NCBI GenBank assembly: GCA_050011875.1
Contig: JBEKIG010000010.1
Span: 24,499 to 88,498, forward strand
DNA: 64,000 nucleotides
Source of the DNA: Nitrososphaeria archaeon
GTDB taxonomy: Archaea > Thermoproteota > Nitrososphaeria > JACIWG01
Direction of reading: 5' to 3'
In this document: one piece after another, positions 36,136 to 44,914 of the stretch
How the letters are laid out: each line of letters starts with the position of its first letter
Numbering within the stretch: position 1 is the stretch's first letter
Program-made: the position numbers and the translations under genes
The notes under the pieces: generated by a model
The model's database searches: none
What the model was told of the DNA's origin: nothing
Seen by the model: only the letters and a program-made list of their open reading frames with translations

Positions 36136-38307
36136 ATGAGTTTTATAAATTTAGAGTTCATAAAAGAAAATAAGGTGGAAAAGAGAGACTATCAGGATAG
36201 ACTTTCTGACATCTGCCTTAGACAAAACTGTCTAATCATAGCACCTACTGGTTTGGGAAAAACGATCATAGCAGCTTTATTTATAGCTAAAAGTTTAATA
36301 GAAGATCAAAATCGAAGATTTTTATTGATCGCACCAACTAGAGTCTTAGTAGGCCAACACACAACGACTTTAAGAGATGTACTTAGTTTAGATCCAGAAA
36401 CAATCACAGAAATAACCGGTGAAGATACTATAGAAAAGAGGATAGATAGATGGAAAAAGAAAATAGTTGTAGCAACTTCTGAAATCACTATAAGTGATCT
36501 GGATAAAGGTATTTTTAAGCCAGAAGAATTCTATTCAATAATATTCGATGAAGCCCATCACACAATTGGTAACCATCCTTATACTTTACTTAGTAGCAGT
36601 ATTCACATCAGAAAACCCGACATCCGTGTCATCGGATTTACTGCATCTCCACCGTCAGAAAAAGAGAAACAAGAGGAGGTGCAAAACAAACTTAACATAA
36701 AGCACGTAGAGGTTATCACAGAAAATAGCCCAGAAGTGAAAAAATACTTTCTTGGATCTGAAATAGAGATCATCAAAATAAAACCCACGCCAGCACTATT
36801 AAAAATCAGACAAGACTTATTAATAATAATTCAAAGAATTAGGGAGAATCTGGGGAAAAAAGGCATTTTAGGGAATGTTGAAACATCGTCAATTAAAAAA
36901 TTAATTGAAATTTCAAAAAAAGATCTCGGAATTGAGGAAAGAAGTCAGATAACATCCCTGATAAGATTGTATCATTGTCTAGATATAGCAGAATCTTATG
37001 GAATAGAACCGTTTATTATCTTCTGTGAAAAGATATCTTTGAAAAGAGGAAAAAGCGCAGCGAATTTAAGGGAGGACGCGAACTTTAAAGCAGCTTATGA
37101 AACAGCAAAAAGTATGTTGATTGTAAGAGAAGAGCATCCTAAAGTCTTAGAATTAAAGAAAATTCTAAAAAACAAGAATGAAGGAGATAGAGTAATTATC
37201 TTTTCTAATTATAAAGACACTATTAAAATGCTTTATGAAAAGGCCTTGTTATGGGGACTTGATGCTGATTATTTAATAGGAAAAAGAGGAGAATTTAGTC
37301 AAAGCCAAAAAAAGCAGTTAGAAACTTTAAACAAAATGAACAAGGGTGAAAAAAATATACTCTTCGCAACTAGAGTGGGGGAAGAAGGTCTTGACATAAT
37401 AGAATGTAACTTAGTGATATTCTATGACAGTATATCTGATGCTGTTAGATTTATTCAAAGAAAAGGTAGAACAGGGAGAAAGAAAAAAGGTAGGGTCGTT
37501 GTTCTAGTCATGGAAGGTACGAAGGAAGAAGTATTATTTTGGATAGGCAAAAAAAGAATTGAAAAAGGAAGGGAAATTATAAAAAGAAGTGGAGTAGCGC
37601 AGAATACAGTTCCTTTGGAACGATTTATCAATGGGAAAAATCAAGAAGTAAAAGTAATAGTTGATACACGTGAGAACATAATCATTAAGACTAAATTGAA
37701 GAATAATCCTAATATTGACGTTGAAGAACAAATGTTGGATGTAGGGGATTTTGTTCTTTCTGAAGATGTCTGTGTGGAAAGGAAAACGTTAAAGGATTTT
37801 GAGTCTTCAATAATTGATGGCAGGTTATTTCCTCAACTAATTCAATTAAAACAAAAATACAATAAACCTATTCTAATATTAGAAAAAGGTTCACAATCAG
37901 ATAGAATTAGCCAGAATGCATTTTTTGGAGCTTTAGCAAGCGTTATTACAGACTTTAACATAGCTCTAATTATAACCGAATCTACAGAAGAGAGTGCAGC
38001 TCTAATGTATGTAATAGCAAAAAGGGAGCAAGTAGAGAAGAAAAAGGGTATAAAAATTCGTGAAGGTGAAAAACCTATTAGCATAAAGGAAATTCAAAAG
38101 TATATTTTGGCTGGAATGCCAGGTGTAAGTAACATCTTAGCAACCCGTTTACTTGAAAAGTTTGGAACTTTACAAAATGTGTTTAATGCATCAGAAAATG
38201 AGTTATTTGATGTAAAAGGTATAGGAGACGTTATGGCAAAAAGAATAAAAGAAATAACTATAGCTGATTTTAATAAAAATCAAATAAATGCAATAAATAA
38301 CTTATAG
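36136..38307 (+). CDS. hef: Hef / FANCM-like helicase-nuclease
   Basis: PTGLGKT, DEAHH, TAS, QRKGRTGR; C-terminal VDTRE..GDF..ERK ERCC4 nuclease plus HhH. Confidence 0.93.
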   Translation: MSFINLEFIKENKVEKRDYQDRLSDICLRQNCLIIAPTGLGKTIIAALFIAKSLIEDQNRRFLLIAPTRVLVGQHTTTLRDVLSLDPETITEITGEDTIEKRIDRWKKKIVVATSEITISDLDKGIFKPEEFYSIIFDEAHHTIGNHPYTLLSSSIHIRKPDIRVIGFTASPPSEKEKQEEVQNKLNIKHVEVITENSPEVKKYFLGSEIEIIKIKPTPALLKIRQDLLIIIQRIRENLGKKGILGNVETSSIKKLIEISKKDLGIEERSQITSLIRLYHCLDIAESYGIEPFIIFCEKISLKRGKSAANLREDANFKAAYETAKSMLIVREEHPKVLELKKILKNKNEGDRVIIFSNYKDTIKMLYEKALLWGLDADYLIGKRGEFSQSQKKQLETLNKMNKGEKNILFATRVGEEGLDIIECNLVIFYDSISDAVRFIQRKGRTGRKKKGRVVVLVMEGTKEEVLFWIGKKRIEKGREIIKRSGVAQNTVPLERFINGKNQEVKVIVDTRENIIIKTKLKNNPNIDVEEQMLDVGDFVLSEDVCVERKTLKDFESSIIDGRLFPQLIQLKQKYNKPILILEKGSQSDRISQNAFFGALASVITDFNIALIITESTEESAALMYVIAKREQVEKKKGIKIREGEKPISIKEIQKYILAGMPGVSNILATRLLEKFGTLQNVFNASENELFDVKGIGDVMAKRIKEITIADFNKNQINAINNL

Positions 38308-38367
38308 TACATAACAGAAAGCTTTATGGTTATATTAAAACCAGAGTAGATAAGGGAGGGATGTAAA

Positions 38368-38640
38368 TTGTTAACTACAAATAAAGAGAATCAAGAAAGA
38401 GTAACTAAAACATTATCTGTACTACAAGGAATATCGGAAACAGTTACAGTCCCAAGAAATATACGTAAAACAATAAAAGAAATAATGACAGATTTACAAA
38501 AAGGAGCAGGTAAACTAGGTGTAAGAGCGGCAAACGCAGTATCAACATTAACGGAAATAAGTGAAGACCCCAATTTGCCAATTTTTGCCAGAGTAAAAAT
38601 TTATGATGCAATCAGTTGTTTGGAAAATATCCGTGATTAA
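38368..38640 (+). CDS. UPF0147 family protein
   Basis: VPRNIR, RAANAVS.L.EISEDPNLP..AR. Confidence 0.92.
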   Translation: MLTTNKENQERVTKTLSVLQGISETVTVPRNIRKTIKEIMTDLQKGAGKLGVRAANAVSTLTEISEDPNLPIFARVKIYDAISCLENIRD

Positions 38641-38801
38641 TAGTAAAATGGTAAATATATTAAATTATTCGGGATCATTATTATATATGTAGGTTCCTCA
38701 TTATATATAATTAATGCAGATAATTAAAGGATTTCCAAAACAGCAAATAAGAAAAAAATATTTTATGTTCTGATAAGCATAACGACCTTCAAAGAAGACA
38801 G

Positions 38802-38886
38802 TGCGGGGGGTGGGATTTGAACCCACGAACCCCTTCGAGACGAGGTTCTGAGCCTCGCGCCTTTGACCTATCTTGGCAACCCCCGC
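38802..38886 (-). tRNA. tRNA-Leu(CAG)
   Basis: GCGGGGG/CCCCCGC acceptor, CGAGG-CT CAG AA-CCTCG, long variable arm. Confidence 0.95.
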
Positions 38887-38940
38887 TCGTTAATAGACTT
38901 CTATCCTTTTTTATATGAACTTTTCATAAAAAAAAGAAAA

Positions 38941-39039
38941 CGCCGGGGAAGGGACTTGAACCCTTGAAACGGTAGAGCCGTTACCGGCTATCTTGTTGGA
39001 TCTCGAGGCCGGCCCTTTCGACCACTCAGGCACCCCGGC
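38941..39039 (-). tRNA. tRNA-Ser(CGA) with 12-nt canonical 37/38 intron (38990-39001)
   Basis: GCCGGGG/CCCCGGC-G, CCGGC-CT CGA G|ATCCAACAAGAT|A-GCCGG, long variable arm. Confidence 0.93.
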
Positions 39040-39080
39040 TTAAATGATACTTTAAGAACATGATTTAAAAAGTTTAATAT

Positions 39081-39761
39081 TTATAATTCGTAATCGAATA
39101 ATTTATTGAATTCTTCTTCAGCGGATTTGATCCTTACCTGTCTTTTAGCGAATATATCTAAAGCAGTTAGTATGTCGTTAGGCTCTTCACCCTCCTTCAT
39201 TTCATCTTGATAAATAGTTTTGGCCTTCCGCAGTATGTCACCATTCAACTTAGAGTCAATATAGTCGGCAAGGTGAACGATCATGGCTTCTAAGGTTTCT
39301 GGCCTTACAGGCCCTGAATCACCATGATGAGCTGCCACAGCGTGCACGACTTTAAATGGAAACTTATTCTGAGTCAACTTTATAACAATCATAACGAGAT
39401 GATCCATATAATTGCCCAAAGGTGAATTTGAAGTAGGATCATCCTTATCATATGTGTAAGGCTTGAAAAGATCGTGGAGTAGACATGCGGCGATAACAGT
39501 GTCTTCATCAGTTTTATAACCGTAGATCTCATCAAACTGTTGAGATATTGATAATCCTATTTTAGTTGTCGATAAAGTATGATCAATGAGACCACCTGTA
39601 TATGAATGATGAACTTTCTTAGCAGCGGGTGATAATCTGAAAGATTCATTAAAAAGTGTTGAATTCAAAAGGCCAATCGTTTTTTGTTTTAATACAGGGT
39701 CTTTTATTATATTCGCAAAAACTTTTATTTCATCGATCTTTAAATCAATATTATCAGTCAT
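39081..39761 (-). CDS. HD-domain protein (YhaM-like)
   Basis: SPAAKKVHHSYTGGLIDHT, LLHDLFK, AHHG, HLADYIDS. Confidence 0.85.
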   Translation of the reverse strand: MTDNIDLKIDEIKVFANIIKDPVLKQKTIGLLNSTLFNESFRLSPAAKKVHHSYTGGLIDHTLSTTKIGLSISQQFDEIYGYKTDEDTVIAACLLHDLFKPYTYDKDDPTSNSPLGNYMDHLVMIVIKLTQNKFPFKVVHAVAAHHGDSGPVRPETLEAMIVHLADYIDSKLNGDILRKAKTIYQDEMKEGEEPNDILTALDIFAKRQVRIKSAEEEFNKLFDYEL

Positions 39762-39858
39762 CGCAATTGCACGACAATCTAGTAGTTGTTTAATATTTAT
39801 ATCATTTATTTATAATTTATAAAATACGTTTTATAATACTTATAGTGGCATAAAAAGT

Positions 39859-41343
39859 TTGTCCCTTGATCAAATAGAAAGTATTGTTTATGAGCTAACG
39901 AAAAAAGGCTTTCAGCTTGATCCAGAGGCTTATAATAAAATATCAGAACTTCTAAATTTAAATAACGATATTGATTTAAAGAAATCTCTGCTAGAAATTG
40001 TGGAAGAAAAGAAAAAGGTTGACCAAACTAATATCTTCATAAACGAAAGTGACATTGTTTCTCTTTTTCCAAAAAAAGAAGAATTATTTAATGAAAAACT
40101 AGTATATGATGAAATCCAAGCAGAAATTAAATTAGTCAGGGATCCTGGTAACGAAATTGAAATGTTAGAAGGAATAGATGGTTTTAAAAAATACTTTCTA
40201 GATCGATATAATAAACTAATGAAAATTGTAAATAGCCGTCCTTTCCAAAAAACTATTACAAAAATAGAGGAGGTCAATAAAAATACTAAAAATGTAAGAA
40301 TTGCAGGTCTTGTTAAAGAAAAAAAAGTTTCAAAAGAAAGAACATTATTAGAAATAGAAGATGACACAGGCGTATTAAGAATTATAGCCAAATCAGAACC
40401 TCATACACAGGCTGCAATTGAAGCTTTGCTAGATCAAATGTTAATTGTTGACATAGCTGCATTTAATGGAGGAGTAGCCTTTGCATCTAGAATAGAGTTT
40501 CCAGAAATACCAGATAGAATATTTCATAGTAGTTCTTCTGAGATTTACGCATTACTCCTATCTGACTTGCATATAGGAAGTAAAACATTTCAAAAGGAAG
40601 CTTTTGAACATCTTGTTCACTGGCTAAAGGGATACCATGGCGAACGTGAAATAGTGAAGAAGATTAAGTATATTATAATTGCTGGTGATATTGTTGATGG
40701 AGTTGGTGTCTATCCTCATCAAGATGACGATCTAGAAATAACTAATATTAATGAACAGTACTTTCTTGCAGCACAATACATAGATCAACTACCAAAAAAT
40801 ATGCAAATAATAATAATTCCAGGAAATCATGATGCAATACGACAAGCGTTACCACAACCATCGATACCAAAGAAATATAGTCAGGAACTTTATAGACTAC
40901 AAAATGTTAAAATATACGGAAATCCTTTAGAAGTCAAATTAAACGGAGTGAACTTTCTAATTTACCATGGTAGAAGCTTAGATGATGTTTTTGCTCATTC
41001 ACCAACGGTAGAATCGGCGAAACCGGAAAACGCAATGAAAACTCTGTTAAGAGCCAGACATCTTGCACCAATATTTGGAGGCCGTACAATAATAGCGCCA
41101 TCAAAAGAAGATACTCTAGTAATAGAAAATCCTCCTGATGTATTCCATGCTGGTCACGTACATGTTTTTGGATACTCAAAGTATAGAAATACTTTAATCG
41201 TAAACTCAGGTACATTTCAAGGCCAAACTGCTTATCAAAAGTCTATAGGGATAAATCCTACGCCAGGAATAGCAGCTGTAATTAACTTAAAATCGTTAGA
41301 AATTTATGTGAAAGACTTCAATAAAATTGCTATTATTCAATAG
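39859..41343 (+). CDS. polB: DNA polymerase D small (exonuclease) subunit DP1
   Basis: SDLHIGS, GDIVDGVGVYP, PGNHD, YHGRSLDD, RHLAP, HAGHVH. Confidence 0.95.
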   Translation: MSLDQIESIVYELTKKGFQLDPEAYNKISELLNLNNDIDLKKSLLEIVEEKKKVDQTNIFINESDIVSLFPKKEELFNEKLVYDEIQAEIKLVRDPGNEIEMLEGIDGFKKYFLDRYNKLMKIVNSRPFQKTITKIEEVNKNTKNVRIAGLVKEKKVSKERTLLEIEDDTGVLRIIAKSEPHTQAAIEALLDQMLIVDIAAFNGGVAFASRIEFPEIPDRIFHSSSSEIYALLLSDLHIGSKTFQKEAFEHLVHWLKGYHGEREIVKKIKYIIIAGDIVDGVGVYPHQDDDLEITNINEQYFLAAQYIDQLPKNMQIIIIPGNHDAIRQALPQPSIPKKYSQELYRLQNVKIYGNPLEVKLNGVNFLIYHGRSLDDVFAHSPTVESAKPENAMKTLLRARHLAPIFGGRTIIAPSKEDTLVIENPPDVFHAGHVHVFGYSKYRNTLIVNSGTFQGQTAYQKSIGINPTPGIAAVINLKSLEIYVKDFNKIAIIQ

Positions 41344-42547
41344 ATTCAATTTTGTTTATGATTTCTAATAAAATAGGATCATTTGATAAAACAGATTTTA
41401 TTGTTGAATACGGAATAAGAAGTTTAGGCCTCTTGCTTCTTCCTTGCCTTCCCATGCTAGTCGTATAGGCAGATAAAATACCAAGCATCGATAATTCGTT
41501 TAATAAACCACTTACACGCCTAGGAGTCAATTCTTGAACACCTAAATTATTGCAATATGAGCAATAGCTAGTGTAAACGGCACCTGTAGATAAACTGTCT
41601 TTAATAGATGCTACACTTAAAACAATAAGTTTACTATGTAAAGGGAGGGAATTTAACGCATCAGATAACCTATCTTGATCTATTTTTAGAAGGGCTTCTC
41701 TAATTTGTTGCTCCTCAACATTTTTTAAACCGCTTCTTTCAGAAATTTCACCTGCAACTCTTATAAGATCAACAGCACGTCTAGCATCACCGTGTTCAGA
41801 AGCTGCTAAAGCAGAAGCAAGATTAAGTGCAGCATCTGTAAATACATTTAGCATAAATCCTAACTTAACACGTTCAGAAAGTATGATTTTAAGTTCCTCA
41901 GATGTATAAGGTGGAAATACTAATTCTTCTTCACTTAAACTACTTAAGACCCTAGGATCAAGGAAGTCCTTAAAAGTTAAATCATTAGAAATACCAAGTA
42001 TAGATAGGAATCCTCCTGATAATTTTTCATTTGACCTAGTCAATTCATAAAGTAAATCATCGCCATGGCTTTTAACTAAAAAATCTATTTCATCCAATGT
42101 GATTATTCCTAACAAATTCTCTCTTGAAATTGTTTTAAATATTCTATCAAAAATTTCGCTAATAGAAAGACCAGTGTGAGGAACAATAATACCAAAATCT
42201 CTTGCCACTTCGTATAAAATACGATATTCTGTACCGGCCATTCTAGTATTAACATACGAAAATTTAAACTGTATTTCTTTAGATGATGCTGTTTTTTTTA
42301 ATCTAGACAAAACAAACTTTGCAACAGCAGTTTTTCCTGTACCAGTCTTACCATATAAAAAGATATTAGAAGGTCTAACACCATGGAGAACTGGTGAGAT
42401 GGCCTCTGCAATAATTCTTATTTGGTCATCTCTAAAATAAAGTTTATCAGGAATATAATCAGATCTTAAAGCATTTCTATCTAGAAAAATATTCGTGCTC
42501 TTTAAAGCTCTAGAAAAAATATCATCAATAGAGGAGTTATTGTACAT
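41333..42547 (-). CDS. cdc6: Orc1/Cdc6 replication initiator
   Basis: GKTGTGKT, LDEID, FPPY, GDARRA, C-terminal wH with GRQGRS. Confidence 0.97.
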   Translation of the reverse strand: MYNNSSIDDIFSRALKSTNIFLDRNALRSDYIPDKLYFRDDQIRIIAEAISPVLHGVRPSNIFLYGKTGTGKTAVAKFVLSRLKKTASSKEIQFKFSYVNTRMAGTEYRILYEVARDFGIIVPHTGLSISEIFDRIFKTISRENLLGIITLDEIDFLVKSHGDDLLYELTRSNEKLSGGFLSILGISNDLTFKDFLDPRVLSSLSEEELVFPPYTSEELKIILSERVKLGFMLNVFTDAALNLASALAASEHGDARRAVDLIRVAGEISERSGLKNVEEQQIREALLKIDQDRLSDALNSLPLHSKLIVLSVASIKDSLSTGAVYTSYCSYCNNLGVQELTPRRVSGLLNELSMLGILSAYTTSMGRQGRSKRPKLLIPYSTIKSVLSNDPILLEIINKIESIE

Positions 42548-42589
42548 ATACCATCATTTCCATTGAACAACTATTTATCATTTTTAGCC

Positions 42590-42911
42590 ACCCCTACATT
42601 TCCTCTGTAAATAACAAAGTTAAATTAGGTTAGTAAATTTGATTATTTAAATAATAACCCGATTTAAATTTCAAATTAAATAATAACTTATATATTGTCA
42701 TATTTTATTTACAAACTAATAAATTTTATTAAACAATTAATTATCTCATCATTTCTTTTAAGATTCTACTGGAAGAAATGGGGTAGCTATCATTTGTTAA
42801 GATCTAAAGAATTAATATTATCAAGCTAACCCCTTTGTTTCCATTGGAGCCTATTTTTGTCTGATTAACAGTTAACAAACAATAAGCAAGACCCCTTTGT
42901 TTCCACTGGAG
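42590..42911. other. Replication origin: four ORB elements and AT-rich unwinding element
   Basis: ORB-like sites at 42590-42611 (-), 42764-42784 (+), 42829-42849 (-) and 42891-42911 (-; CTCCAGTGGAAACAAAGGGGT); very AT-rich 42612-42763; directly upstream of cdc6. Confidence 0.9.
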
Positions 42912-43054
42912 AAAAATGAGAAATAAAAACATTAAAACTAATTAAACTGATAACAAGATCTTTAGAATAAAACTTGTAAATTTTCTTAAATTAAAAGGTT
43001 AACAAGTTAACAGTTTATCCATTTATCTTTAAAGATATTAACAGCTAATTAGGC

Positions 43055-43456
43055 ATGCATGCTAATTCTAAAAAGATAAAAATAGAATTCCAGGACTCTA
43101 GTGGAAAGAAAATAAAGATTGAGTTCAATGGCAATACCACTGGACAAGAGGTACAAAGAATTTATGATTTTTTATGCGATTCCCCTGTACTACAAAATGA
43201 CTCAGGGCTTGATGTTGAAGAAAGAGATACAAAATTTCAGAAGTTTTCAGATATAATAATAAAACATTTCCCTATTGGAGAGTTTACTTCTTCAGATGCT
43301 CTATTAATTGCACAAGAAGTATTAGGAGAACAAATAAAGCATGCATTAATTTCAACATATCTTATGAGATTAGTTGATAGAGGTCAGTTAAATAGAAAAT
43401 GGAGTTCAGCAGGATGGGTGTATTCTTTAATTAAAAAAACTATTATTCAACAATAA
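43055..43456 (+). CDS. Origin-adjacent protein with C-terminal winged-helix domain
   Basis: FTSSD....QEVLGEQIKHALISTYLMRLVDRGQLNR...GWVY wHTH pattern. Confidence 0.7.
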   Translation: MHANSKKIKIEFQDSSGKKIKIEFNGNTTGQEVQRIYDFLCDSPVLQNDSGLDVEERDTKFQKFSDIIIKHFPIGEFTSSDALLIAQEVLGEQIKHALISTYLMRLVDRGQLNRKWSSAGWVYSLIKKTIIQQ

Positions 43457-43994
43457 TTCTTTTACCTTGATCCGAGATAAAATAAACAAAATATTTTCCT
43501 TTATTTTCCCTCTCCAAGTATTTTTTCTCAAATAAACTTTTTAATAATCTTGCAGTATGTTCTCTTGACTTCTTGATTGAGTCTTGTACTTCTTTAGAAG
43601 TCTTCGGGCTATCTGATATAAACTTTAGAATAAGAAGTTCTATAGGTCCTATATTTTTGTTTAATGTATTAACAGACTTATTAATGTATGAAGGTAATAT
43701 TTTCATTGATGTTCCTTTTTGACTTAATTCGAAGGCTTGTCTTTGGTTGCTTTTTTCAGAAATTTTTTGGTCTAACACATCTATTTTAACCATCAATTCT
43801 GCAATTTTTCGGTTCTGATTTTCTTCTCTATTATTAAATTCGTTTATTATAACTTTGACAATTCCATAATCCTGTTCAACTTTGCTCTTTTCTGTTCGTG
43901 ACTTACTTAAATTATAAAGTAGATACACCGAGATAACAATAAGTAATGTTGCAATAGTGACGACTATGATGTCATAACTGGACATGCAACACAT
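43443..43994 (-). CDS. Membrane-anchored coiled-coil winged-helix protein
   Basis: N-terminal TM, coiled coil, C-terminal TSKEVQDSIKKSREHTARLLKSLFEKKYLER. Confidence 0.8.
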   Translation of the reverse strand: MCCMSSYDIIVVTIATLLIVISVYLLYNLSKSRTEKSKVEQDYGIVKVIINEFNNREENQNRKIAELMVKIDVLDQKISEKSNQRQAFELSQKGTSMKILPSYINKSVNTLNKNIGPIELLILKFISDSPKTSKEVQDSIKKSREHTARLLKSLFEKKYLERENKGKYFVYFISDQGKRIIVE

Positions 43995-44041
43995 AATATC
44001 ACAAAAAAAGAATTTAAACTTTTTTTAAAAAATATATTAAA

Positions 44042-44434
44042 CTAAATTAGTAAAATATGCTTTATTAAATCTTCTAAAGCAGAAACAATCTGCAGAGACT
44101 GATAATCATTTAATTTTTTATCTTTTGCATTCTCTAATATGGCAACAGTTTTTTCTAAAGATAGAAAGCAATCCGAACTTAACAAACCTAAATATTTAGC
44201 AATAATCAATGAATATAAAGCACGTTTTAAATTTTTTCGCCCCCGATCTCTAGTTATAACAAAAGAAGATTTCGACAAATCTTCTTTATTAGCTCTTAGC
44301 ATTTTATCAAATATTTTTTCTTCAGAATTACCTGATTGTTGAATTAGAAGATAATCAAGTTGTTTGAAAGTAAAATTACTCCTATTAATTATTTCCTTTA
44401 ATAATAAATCTTGTTGAATCTTTTCTTTTAACAT
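44042..44434 (-). CDS. Hypothetical protein
   Basis: 130-aa ORF co-oriented with the TM-wHTH gene; SNFTFKQ, RGRKNLKRALYSL. Confidence 0.65.
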   Translation of the reverse strand: MLKEKIQQDLLLKEIINRSNFTFKQLDYLLIQQSGNSEEKIFDKMLRANKEDLSKSSFVITRDRGRKNLKRALYSLIIAKYLGLLSSDCFLSLEKTVAILENAKDKKLNDYQSLQIVSALEDLIKHILLI

Positions 44435-44441
44435 TATACCC

Positions 44442-44461
44442 GTTTTACGATAACGTAAAAC
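44442..44461. promoter_or_regulatory. Perfect palindrome GTTTTACG-ATAA-CGTAAAAC, candidate operator
   Basis: 8-bp arms with 4-bp spacer, 8 nt upstream of the ATG at 44434 and next to a TTTAAA box. Confidence 0.5.
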
Positions 44462-44662
44462 AATTTAAAGTTTTTCTAAATAATAACACCTGTTTAAATA
44501 TTTTTATTATAGTATTTTAATGTACGATAATTATTTATAAATAGCCATAATAATTAAAATTATTATAATATTTATTTTATTCAAAATAATTATTTTCATT
44601 ATGCATCTCATGTATAAGAAAACAGTTAATAACATTTATTGACGTACTAACTGTCGATAATA

Positions 44663-44902
44663 ATGGGACGTAAAAGAAGAAAAGTGATTAAAGTTTTTAA
44701 AAAAACTCTACCCAAGATCCTAGCATGCCCTGTTTGTGGTAATATTTCTCTTGTTGTTGATAGAATTTCTGAAGATAGTGTCAAGATTAAATGTGGTACT
44801 TGTAAGCTATCATATGAATATCCTGCATCTAAAAATAAGGAAAACATCGATATTTATAATGAATTCGTTGATAAAATTAATCGTAATGAAATAGTTCTTT
44901 AA
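44663..44902 (+). CDS. elf1: Transcription elongation factor Elf1
   Basis: MGRKRRK...LPKILACPVCG...CGTC...IDIYNEFVD. Confidence 0.92.
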   Translation: MGRKRRKVIKVFKKTLPKILACPVCGNISLVVDRISEDSVKIKCGTCKLSYEYPASKNKENIDIYNEFVDKINRNEIVL

Positions 44903-44914
44903 CAGAGAAGAAAT

